Below are positions 51,191 to 59,100 of a stretch of 59,100 nucleotides of DNA, in pieces. The stretch's first letter is position 1. Every line of letters begins with the position of its first letter. Both the position numbers and the translations under genes were made by a program. The DNA comes from Flavobacteriales bacterium. GTDB lineage: Bacteria > Bacteroidota > Bacteroidia > Flavobacteriales_F > PHOS-HE28. The notes beneath the pieces were generated by a model. The model searched no databases. It was not told where the DNA came from and saw only the letters and a program-made list of their open reading frames with translations. The stretch covers positions 1-59,100 of the forward strand of contig JBGTIB010000234.1 of the NCBI GenBank assembly GCA_041745875.1, written 5' to 3'.

Positions 51191-51490
51191 ATGTCCAAGC
51201 CCCACCCCGTCTTCGATCGCCGCATCTTCTGGGATGTGGACTTCGACATGCTGGACTACAACGGCAAGTCGGGCTTCATCATCGAGCGGGTGTTCGAGCG
51301 GGGCGATGTGGAGGACATCCGGCAGTGCCGACGGTACTATGGGGATGAGCGGATCCGCGAGGTGTTGCTCAACACCCGCTTCCTGCCAGCACAGCGCATC
51401 CATCTGGCCAGTGCGGTGCTTGGTGAACCCTTGGAGAATTTCCGATGCTACATCCTGAGGCAGTCCCACCCGGAGCTTTACCCGTATTGA
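51191..51490 (+). CDS. DUF6922-like putative antitoxin
   Basis: IFWDVD, FIIERVFERG, YYG; directly upstream of the AbiEii gene. Confidence 0.75.
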   Translation: MSKPHPVFDRRIFWDVDFDMLDYNGKSGFIIERVFERGDVEDIRQCRRYYGDERIREVLLNTRFLPAQRIHLASAVLGEPLENFRCYILRQSHPELYPY

Positions 51491-52074
51491 AGCGGCTGAT
51501 GGCCATGCCCGCCCTGCGCGACCATGCGCTCGTGGGCGGCACGGCACTGTCGCTCCGCTATGGTCACCGGCTTTCGGTGGATCTCGATCTTTTCGGCAAT
51601 GCCGACTTCGATCACGACGGTTGTGTCGCCGCCTTGACCGAGGAGTTCGGCGAAGAGTTCACCTATGAACCCACTGCGGGGAAGCACTTCGGGTTGTTCT
51701 GCTTCATCGAGGGCGTCAAAGTGGATATCGTGCGTTACCCACATCCCCTTCTCGAGCCCATCGTAGTGGAGGATGGCATCCGCATGTATGCCGACAGCGA
51801 CATCTCCGCCATGAAGGTGCAGGCCATCCTAGGCCGTGCGAAGAAGAAGGACTTCTGGGACCTGCATGAACTCATACAGCATCACGACCTCAAGGAGGTC
51901 ATCGTCTGGCACAAGCGCAAGTATCCGCACCAGATGATCGCTATTAGCATCTCATCGGCGCTCAGCTATTTCACGGAAGCTGAGGACAGCGAAGAGCCTG
52001 TGAGCTTGTTGGGCCAGACCTGGCCCGAGGTCAAGCGGTCGATCCAGATGGCGATCAGTGGAATGTTGAAGTAG
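51445..52074 (+). CDS. AbiEii/AbiGii-family nucleotidyltransferase toxin
   Basis: LVGGTALSLRYGHRLSVDLDLF, MKVQAI.GR..KKDFWDL. Confidence 0.9.
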   Translation: MLHPEAVPPGALPVLKRLMAMPALRDHALVGGTALSLRYGHRLSVDLDLFGNADFDHDGCVAALTEEFGEEFTYEPTAGKHFGLFCFIEGVKVDIVRYPHPLLEPIVVEDGIRMYADSDISAMKVQAILGRAKKKDFWDLHELIQHHDLKEVIVWHKRKYPHQMIAISISSALSYFTEAEDSEEPVSLLGQTWPEVKRSIQMAISGMLK

Positions 52075-52086
52075 ATCGGGTTGACC

Positions 52087-52143
52087 ATGAGCTCCGCCGG
52101 CCACGTCTTCGATATGATCGTGCGAATGAAGGAGCTTCTCTAG
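52087..52143 (+). pseudogene. Possible truncated N-terminal remnant related to the next gene
   Basis: MSSAGHVFDMIVRMKELL* shares a GHxxx(x)MIxxxK pattern with the downstream ORF. Confidence 0.35.
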
Positions 52144-52177
52144 CTGGGTGCGTACAGGTATTGAATATCTTGGCCAC

Positions 52178-52438
52178 ATGCTTTGGGGCCACGCCGCAAA
52201 GGCCATGATCGATAGCTTGAAGGCCAACGCGCGTCGCAAGCGCAGGCCTTTCGATCGGGAAGTGGAACCCGTAGGACGGCGTATCCGGCCCGAGTCTTTA
52301 CGCAGGGCCAGCGAAGAAGAACTGTTGCATTGGCGGCAGCGAACGGTGATGGAGCGCAAAGCCCAACAGCGCCGTGAGCGGATCATATTGGCGGTGGTCA
52401 TATGCACATTGTTGGGCTTTATCTTTATTTTCTGGTGA
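52178..52438 (+). CDS. Small basic protein with C-terminal TM anchor
   Basis: 86 aa; TATCTTGG promoter-like box 4 nt before the ATG; C-terminal hydrophobic helix. Confidence 0.7.
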   Translation: MLWGHAAKAMIDSLKANARRKRRPFDREVEPVGRRIRPESLRRASEEELLHWRQRTVMERKAQQRRERIILAVVICTLLGFIFIFW

Positions 52439-52513
52439 CATCGATCGCTCGTTATTGGAGCGCCTTCCAGTAGCGAGCTTTGCTCCACCGGTTCGGTATC
52501 CGGTCACCCCCAC

Positions 52514-54679
52514 ATGCTTCTCGCACTTCCCGAGTTCACGCTGAAGCTCCCGCTCGAGAACCCGGTACTGATCTTCTCGTTGGTGTTGTTCATCATCCTC
52601 TTCGGGCCTTTGGTGCTGAACAGGCTGCGGATCCCGCCGATCATCGGGCTCATCATAGCGGGTATCGTGATCGGGCCGCATGGCTTCAACCTCATGATGC
52701 GCGATGCCAGCATCGTGCTCTTCGGCACGGTGGGCCTGCTCTACATCATGTTCCTCGCTGGTCTGGAGATCGACATGCAGGAGTTCAAGAAGAACAAGTA
52801 CCGCAGTTTGACCTTCGGTCTGCTCACCTTCCTGATCCCCATGGGCATCGGTTGGGCGGTGAGCTACTACTACCTGTCGTACTCCATGAACTCCTCGATC
52901 CTGCTGGCCAGCATGTACGCATCGCACACGCTGATCGCCTACCCGATCGCCAGTCGTTTCGGGGTGATCAAGAATCGCTCGGTGAACATCACGGTCGGCG
53001 GTACCATCATCACCGACACGCTGGCCCTGTTGGTGCTGGCGGTGATCGTGGGCATGCAGTACGGCGAGGTGGGTCCCGCGTTCTGGACGCGCCTGGGCGT
53101 ATCGCTCGCCATCTTCACCATCATCGTCATGTGGGGTTTCCCTTGGGTGGCACGCTGGTTCTTCAAGAAGGAAGGTGACAGCATCTCGCAGTACATCTTC
53201 GTGCTGGCCACCGTGTTCATGGCGGCCTTCCTTGCCGAATTGGCCGGTGTGGAGGCCATCATCGGTGCCTTCGCCGCCGGGCTTGCGCTCAACCGCCTGA
53301 TCCCGCGCAGTTCACCCTTGATGAACCGTATCGAGTTCGTGGGCAACGCCTTGTTCATCCCCTTCTTTCTGATCGGGGTGGGCATGTTGGTGGACTACCG
53401 TGTGTTCTTCAAGGGAACGGAAACATTGAAAGTGGCCGCAACGATGACCATTGTGGCCACGGCTTGCAAGTTCATCGCGGCCTGGTTGAGCAAGGTCAGC
53501 TTCCGCTTCTCCCGCGATGAGTTCCTGATGATGTTCGGCCTGAGCAATGCACAGGCGGCCGCCACCCTCGCCGCCGTCACCGTGGGTTATCGGATCATCA
53601 CCGGACTGGATGCCGATGGTGAGCCGATCCGCCTGCTCAGCGAGCAGGTGCTCAACGGCACCATCGTCATGATCCTGGTCACCTGCACCATCAGCTCATT
53701 CGTGGTGGCGCGCGCCGCGAGCAGGATCGCCATGCTGGAACGCGATGAGGATGACCCTGTGGATGACAGGTCGGTGGGCCGCATCCTGGTGAGCATCGCC
53801 GGTGTGCGTTCGGTGGAACCCCTGGTGGAACTGGCCGTGCTGATGAAACAACCGAAGGTCCGTGAACGGCTTTTCGCACTGCATGTGGTGGACGATGCGA
53901 ACAGCGAAGGAGCGCAGAGCAGGGGGCGCAAGTTGATGGACGAGGCGGTGAAGACCGCTGCTGCATCGGATCACGCCCTGGAACCCTTGGTGCGCCACGA
54001 TATCAACGTAAGCAGTGGGCTCATCTACTCGATCCGCGAGTATCGCATCACCGATGTGGTGCTGGGCATCACGCGTGATGAAGGCGATCCAACCACCCTG
54101 TTCGGCACGCTCACCGATACCGTCCTTCAGCGCACCAGCAAGGCCGTGTACATCTACAGCCCCTTGCAGCCACTGGGCACCATCAAGCGCATCGTGGTGG
54201 CCGTACCGCCGAAGGCCGAATTCGAGCTGGGATTCGTGCGTTGGTTCGACCGCATCAGAGCCATCGCGAAGCAGACCGGCGCCGCGATCACCTTTCATGC
54301 AACACCCACCACCCTGGAGCGACTGCGTGCATTGTGCGAACGCGGTTCCAGTCCACTGAAGGCAGGATCCGCGGTGATGGAGGACTGGGAGGATTTCTTG
54401 ATCGTGGGACGGGAGCTGCGGGCCGATGACCTTCTGGTGGTGATCTCCGCACGCCGCGCATCGCTGAGCTATGATCCGCTGTTCGAGCGACTGCCTCGGT
54501 TGTTGTACCGCTACTTCAAGGACCATGGTCATCTGGTGGTACTGCCCGAGCAGATGGGAGAGGAGTACCATGGCCCAGCCGATCTGAACCCCTCGATGAG
54601 GGAGGCCCTGGAAGTGGGTGTGAAACAGCTTGACAGTGCTGGCCGATTTGTGAAGAAGGTCTTCAAGGGCAGGGGATGA
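52514..54679 (+). CDS. Cation:proton antiporter (CPA2) with C-terminal USP-like domains
   Basis: GIVIGPHG, GLLYIMFLAGLE, ASHTL, GAFAAG; soluble C-terminal region. Confidence 0.93.
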   Translation: MLLALPEFTLKLPLENPVLIFSLVLFIILFGPLVLNRLRIPPIIGLIIAGIVIGPHGFNLMMRDASIVLFGTVGLLYIMFLAGLEIDMQEFKKNKYRSLTFGLLTFLIPMGIGWAVSYYYLSYSMNSSILLASMYASHTLIAYPIASRFGVIKNRSVNITVGGTIITDTLALLVLAVIVGMQYGEVGPAFWTRLGVSLAIFTIIVMWGFPWVARWFFKKEGDSISQYIFVLATVFMAAFLAELAGVEAIIGAFAAGLALNRLIPRSSPLMNRIEFVGNALFIPFFLIGVGMLVDYRVFFKGTETLKVAATMTIVATACKFIAAWLSKVSFRFSRDEFLMMFGLSNAQAAATLAAVTVGYRIITGLDADGEPIRLLSEQVLNGTIVMILVTCTISSFVVARAASRIAMLERDEDDPVDDRSVGRILVSIAGVRSVEPLVELAVLMKQPKVRERLFALHVVDDANSEGAQSRGRKLMDEAVKTAAASDHALEPLVRHDINVSSGLIYSIREYRITDVVLGITRDEGDPTTLFGTLTDTVLQRTSKAVYIYSPLQPLGTIKRIVVAVPPKAEFELGFVRWFDRIRAIAKQTGAAITFHATPTTLERLRALCERGSSPLKAGSAVMEDWEDFLIVGRELRADDLLVVISARRASLSYDPLFERLPRLLYRYFKDHGHLVVLPEQMGEEYHGPADLNPSMREALEVGVKQLDSAGRFVKKVFKGRG

Positions 54680-54724
54680 TACCCATCGTCGCTGCTTCCA
54701 TGCTGTGGGATAGCTTTGGTCCCG

Positions 54725-56143
54725 ATGGAAGAGCGCCCACCTGACGCCAAGGACGGTCCGAAGAAAGCCCGCAGAAAGGGTCCAGGTTTGCGCCTGCTCG
54801 CCGAAGGACGCCGTTTCGTACGCGAAACGATGGACCTGCACTGGGAGGCCCACATCGAGAGCACCACCGAGATCATCCGCAAGGACATGATCTTCCGCGG
54901 CCACGTGGTGTGGGTGCTGGTGTGCAGCATCTTCATCGCCAGCATCGGTCTCAATGTGAACAGCACGGCGGTGATCATCGGCGCCATGTTGATCAGCCCG
55001 CTCATGGGCCCGATCCTGGCCACGGGCATGGCGGTGGGCACCAACGACATGGACCTGCTGCGGCGTGGCTTGAAGAACTTCCTGGTGATGGTGACCGTGG
55101 CCTTGCTTACCAGCACCTTCTACTTCCTGATCACGCCCATCAGCGAACTGCAGAGTGAACTGCTGGCACGCACACGTCCCACCCTGCTCGATGCGGGCGT
55201 GGCCATCTTCGGCGGCATCGCCGGCATCATCGGGGTAAGCCGTCGCAACCGCGGTAACGTGGTGCCCGGTGTGGCCATCGCCACCGCGCTGATGCCGCCA
55301 CTGTGTACGGCAGGCTACGGATTGGCCACCCTGCAGATGAACTTCCTGTTCGGGGCACTGTACCTCTTCCTGCTCAATTCCATCTTCATCTCGTTGAGCA
55401 CCGTGGCGATCGTGCGGGTGTTGAAATTCCCCCTCGCCAAGGAGGTGGACCCCCGGCGCGAGCGGCAGGTGAAGAAGTACATGGCCGTCTCCATCATCCT
55501 GCTGCTGGCGCCCAGCGTATGGGTGTTGTATGGTGTCACCCAGGAGGCCTTCTTCCGGCGCGAGGTGGAGCGTTTCATCGATGCGAACTTCCCCGTGGAA
55601 GGCACGGAGCTCCTGAGCCGCAAGCTGACCATGACCGACAAGGAGAAGCGCATCGATCTGTACTTGGTGGGCGAACCCCTGGAGGAAGGTGCTGTGGCGC
55701 TGCTGAGGAAGCAGCTGGAGGAACGCGAACTGCACGATGTGAACCTGATCCTGCACCAACCCAACGCCGCCAATTACGAGGTCACCACCCAGTTGGCCGA
55801 GGAAATGAAGTCGGGCATCATCCAGGACATGTTCCAGCGCAACGAGGATCGGCTTTTGGCCAAGGACGAGCGCATCCGCCAATTGGAACGGCAGCTCGAC
55901 CCCATCCCCATGGACCTGCTCGTGCGCGAGATGAAGGTGATCTACCCGGGCATCGCACGCTTCAGCTACTCCAATGCGGTGGAGTGGGACGGCGAGAAGC
56001 TCGACACCATTCCCACGGCTTTCGTGGCCTGGAGATCCGACCTCCCCGCACGCACGGTGGCCAAACGCGAGGAGGTGTTGCAGGCCTGGCTGAAGGAGCG
56101 CCTGGGCAAGCCCGATATCAGGGTGGTGCGGGACAAGCGTTGA
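54725..56143 (+). CDS. DUF389 domain membrane protein
   Basis: NSTAVIIGAMLISPLMGPI, RTRPT, PGVAIATALMPPL; TAGCTTTG promoter at 54711-54718. Confidence 0.92.
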   Translation: MEERPPDAKDGPKKARRKGPGLRLLAEGRRFVRETMDLHWEAHIESTTEIIRKDMIFRGHVVWVLVCSIFIASIGLNVNSTAVIIGAMLISPLMGPILATGMAVGTNDMDLLRRGLKNFLVMVTVALLTSTFYFLITPISELQSELLARTRPTLLDAGVAIFGGIAGIIGVSRRNRGNVVPGVAIATALMPPLCTAGYGLATLQMNFLFGALYLFLLNSIFISLSTVAIVRVLKFPLAKEVDPRRERQVKKYMAVSIILLLAPSVWVLYGVTQEAFFRREVERFIDANFPVEGTELLSRKLTMTDKEKRIDLYLVGEPLEEGAVALLRKQLEERELHDVNLILHQPNAANYEVTTQLAEEMKSGIIQDMFQRNEDRLLAKDERIRQLERQLDPIPMDLLVREMKVIYPGIARFSYSNAVEWDGEKLDTIPTAFVAWRSDLPARTVAKREEVLQAWLKERLGKPDIRVVRDKR

Positions 56144-56220
56144 CCACCACCACAAGGCCGGGCCCGTAGCTTCGCGGCGCGGATCCCTCCGCTCGCGCCT
56201 TCCGCACCGGCAGAACCCCC

Positions 56221-56796
56221 ATGATCGAACACCGCGGCACACTCCTCAGCGAAGACCTCTTCGAGCAGCGCTTCGTTTGCGACCTCAACGCCTGCAAGGG
56301 TGCCTGTTGCGTGGCGGGCGAGAGCGGCGCACCCCTGGAAAAGGAAGAAGCCGATCTGCTGCGGGAGCTATGGCCGAAGATCAAGCCCTACATACCCCAG
56401 AAAGGCCAGCGCGCGATCGATGCGCACGGAGTGAGCGAAGTGGACAGCGATGGCGACCTGGTGACCACCCTGGTGGACGGTCGGGGCGAGTGCGCTTTCA
56501 CCGTGTTCGATGAGAAGGGCATCGCGTTGTGCGGCGTGGAGAAAGCCTGGAAGGACGGTGCGATCCCCTTCCGCAAACCGATCAGTTGTCATCTCTACCC
56601 GATCCGGATCGCGAAGCTCAAGTTCCACGATGGCTTGAACTACCACCGCTGGCCCATCTGCAAACCAGCCTGTGCATGCGGTGCGAAACTGAACGTGCCC
56701 GTGTTCCGCTTCCTGAAGGATGCCCTGGTGCGCAAGTATGGGGTGGATTGGTACGAAGAGTTGGAGGTGTTGTACCAGGAGTGGTTGAAGCGGTGA
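56221..56796 (+). CDS. DUF3109 family Cys-rich protein
   Basis: FVCDLNACKGACCV.G..GAPL, KPISCHLYPIR. Confidence 0.88.
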   Translation: MIEHRGTLLSEDLFEQRFVCDLNACKGACCVAGESGAPLEKEEADLLRELWPKIKPYIPQKGQRAIDAHGVSEVDSDGDLVTTLVDGRGECAFTVFDEKGIALCGVEKAWKDGAIPFRKPISCHLYPIRIAKLKFHDGLNYHRWPICKPACACGAKLNVPVFRFLKDALVRKYGVDWYEELEVLYQEWLKR

Positions 56797-56824
56797 AGCG
56801 GGTGTTGCTTGGAAGTACAAATGC

Positions 56825-56930
56825 AACCGGGAATGGACGGAGATGGACGGGAATAAAATGCCGCCACATCCGATCACGGATGTACCATCGCGATGGATCC
56901 ATTCCCGTCCATCTCCATCCATTCCCGGTT
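56825..56930. repeat. 30-bp inverted repeat of decamer units enclosing two small hairpins
   Basis: AACCGGGAATGGACGGAGATGGACGGGAAT / ATTCCCGTCCATCTCCATCCATTCCCGGTT (29/30 match). Confidence 0.85.
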
Positions 56931-57401
56931 AAGATCACCAGTTGCACACGCTGCCACAGGCATCCTTGGGGATACATACCAAGCATGTGGCAAGCAGCCC
57001 ATAAACGCCACGATCACCCCCCATTCCCCGCGATCAGTGATCCTCCTGCCGGGTGCCTGTCCACAGCCCGCTCAACACGGCCGTTACACGAATTTTACAT
57101 CGCTGTTCCGCCCTACGGCCGTGCGGTTTCCCCAATGTTGATGGATCGTGAATAGAAAGCACTTGCACGGATCGTTGTGCACTCCATTGCCCGTCGTTGT
57201 TACGTCCATGGTGCATGTTGAAAACTCCGGACAGTTGGTCCCACTTCATACTTGTCAGCACCCTTCCCCGTTGCCACTTTTGTAACCCGACGACGCCGCT
57301 CCGATCGACGCCGGCGGGAACCACTACCGAGACCGAAGAATTGAAAATTGGGGGCCTCCCCCCTTAGGAAACCTTTGCCCCCGACCGAACCTTATCCCGA
57401 C

Positions 57402-58442
57402 ATGAGCACAAAGACGAAAGAGAGCCAGATGAGCCTGGAGGACGTACTACCCGCCAATGTGGACGCCGCCAACGAACCGCTGCTCAGCGAGAACAAGGAC
57501 CGCTTCGTCATCTTCCCCATCCAGCACAGCGACATCTGGAACTTCTATAAACGGCACGAGGCCAGCTTCTGGACCGCCGAGGAGATCGATCTGCATGCCG
57601 ACCTGGTGGATTGGGCCGAGAAGCTCAACGACGACGAGCGCTATTTCGTGAAGCATGTACTCGCCTTCTTCGCCGCCAGCGATGGCATCGTGAACGAGAA
57701 CCTCGCGGAGAACTTCCTGCACGAGGTGCAATACACAGAGGCCCGTTTCTTCTATGGTTTCCAGATCGCCATGGAGAACATCCACAGCGAGACCTACAGC
57801 CTGCTGATCGACACGCTGATCAAGGACCCCATCGAGAAGGACAAGCTCTTCCACGCCGTGGACACCCTGGACTGCGTGAAGAAGAAGGCCGACTGGGCCT
57901 TGCGCTGGATCGACAAGGGCAGCTTCGCCGAGCGCCTCATCGCCTTCGCCGCCGTGGAGGGCATCTTCTTCAGCGGAAGCTTCTGCAGCATCTTCTGGCT
58001 GAAGAAGCGCGGACTGATGCCCGGCCTGGCCTTCAGCAATGAGCTCATCAGCCGCGACGAGGGACTGCACTGCGACTTCGCCTGCCTGCTTTACACCAAA
58101 CACCTGATCAACAAGCTGCCCAAGAAAACGGTGGAGACCATCATCCGCGATGCCGTGGAGATCGAGAAGGACTTCGTCACCGATGCCCTGCCCGTGAACC
58201 TGATCGGCATGAACGCCAAGCTGATGACCCAGTACATCGAGTTCGTGGCCGACCGCCTGCTGGTGGAACTGGGCAACGAGAAGATCTACAACACTGCCAA
58301 CCCCTTCGACTTCATGGAGATGATCTCCCTGCAGGGCAAGACCAACTTCTTCGAGAAGCGCGTGGGCGAATACCAGAAGGCCGGGGTGCTCAACCAGGGC
58401 GGGAAGGATGAGGCGAAGTTCACGCTGGACGCGGATTTTTAG
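57402..58442 (+). CDS. nrdB: Ribonucleoside-diphosphate reductase beta subunit (class Ia)
   Basis: [54 protein letters not shown]. Confidence 0.97.
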   Translation: MSTKTKESQMSLEDVLPANVDAANEPLLSENKDRFVIFPIQHSDIWNFYKRHEASFWTAEEIDLHADLVDWAEKLNDDERYFVKHVLAFFAASDGIVNENLAENFLHEVQYTEARFFYGFQIAMENIHSETYSLLIDTLIKDPIEKDKLFHAVDTLDCVKKKADWALRWIDKGSFAERLIAFAAVEGIFFSGSFCSIFWLKKRGLMPGLAFSNELISRDEGLHCDFACLLYTKHLINKLPKKTVETIIRDAVEIEKDFVTDALPVNLIGMNAKLMTQYIEFVADRLLVELGNEKIYNTANPFDFMEMISLQGKTNFFEKRVGEYQKAGVLNQGGKDEAKFTLDADF

Positions 58443-58447
58443 TTGTC

Positions 58448-58514
58448 GGCTGACCCCTGTCTTATGTCCTATGCAGCCCAGCACCGTGCATAGGACATAG
58501 GACATCAGTCAGCC
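58448..58514. repeat. Inverted repeat of heptamer units after nrdB
   Basis: GGCTGAC..TGTCTTATGTCCTATGCA / TGCATAGGACATAGGACA..GTCAGCC. Confidence 0.75.
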
Positions 58515-58707
58515 AGCATGCATTCGCAATTCACATTCACCGGTTGAAGATCCACTGATCCGAGACCCACCAACAGGGCCGAAAGAAGACCACCTTGTAG
58601 GCCCTGCTTTTGACAGGAAAAACATCACCGCAGAGCGGGAGCCGAGCGGTCCACATCAACGTAAGGGCGCGGTATGTCGCGCTCCGACAACAACACCAAT
58701 AAGAAGC

Positions 58708-59100
58708 ATGTACGTAATCAAGCGCGACGGACGCCGGGAGGCACTGAAGTTGGACAAGATCACCGCACGGGTGAAGAAGCTCTGCTACGGGCTGGACCCC
58801 ATGGTGGATGCCACACAGGTCACCCTGAAGGTGATCGATGGCATCTTCGATGGTGTCACCACCTCCGAGCTGGACAACCTCACAGCCGAGGTGGCCGCCA
58901 CCATGACGGTGAAGCACCCCGACTACGCGCAGCTCGCCAGCCGCATCGCCGTGAGCAACCTGCACAAGAACACCAAGAAGTCCTTCAGCGAGACCATGAA
59001 GGACCTCTACACGTATATGGACCCGAAGACGGGTGCCAAGGCGGCGCTCCTCGCCGACGATGTCCACGAGATCATCGCGAAGAACGCCGAGGTGCTCGAT
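58708..59100 (+). CDS. nrdA: Ribonucleoside-diphosphate reductase alpha subunit (5' part, ATP cone)
   Basis: Hand translation MYVIKRDGRREALKLDKITARVKKLCYGL...HPDYAQLASRIAVSNLHK; runs off the window. Confidence 0.96.
   Translation, partial: MYVIKRDGRREALKLDKITARVKKLCYGLDPMVDATQVTLKVIDGIFDGVTTSELDNLTAEVAATMTVKHPDYAQLASRIAVSNLHKNTKKSFSETMKDLYTYMDPKTGAKAALLADDVHEIIAKNAEVLD

Noticed and set aside
53696-56242. 848-aa antisense ORF over the antiporter and DUF389 genes
   Set aside because: Shadow ORF with typical antisense composition; the sense genes have clear family motifs.
57447-58505. 352-aa antisense ORF over nrdB
   Set aside because: Shadow ORF of a strongly codon-biased gene.

Overview
Chromosomal window (roughly 60% GC by eye) from a Bacteroidota bacterium, most likely Flavobacteriales. 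This is supported by T9SS sorting domains, TAnnTTTG-type promoters, signal peptides followed by Gln, the panC-panD-radA and GT5-DUF4270-glmS synteny, and an alpha2-type GlyRS. Core content: the suf Fe-S operon, thiL, a 1671-aa T9SS adhesin-like protein, comF, radA, pan genes, glmS, sod, an S41 protease, dCMP deaminase, tRNA-Leu(CAA), glyS, a cation/H+ antiporter and nrdB-nrdA. No integrase, transposase, prophage or CRISPR array was recognised. The main signal is an integrase-free cassette-accretion locus at 43.1-49.0 kb. Two orphan copies of the glyS 3' end, both with open frames and the longer one diverged mostly at synonymous sites, separate three cargo units (T9SS protein, DUF433/DUF5615 toxin-antitoxin, T9SS protein). 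Next to them, a small GIY-YIG nuclease gene sits between a palindrome-interrupted 5' half of tRNA-Leu and the intact tRNA. A foreign-looking gene inside the suf operon shows a related footprint. Other highlights are a reelin-repeat-like domain in the adhesin, five inverted repeats built from short tandem units (one in-frame inside radA), and a 9-5-9 operator upstream of suf. All calls come from reading the sequence; no searches were run.
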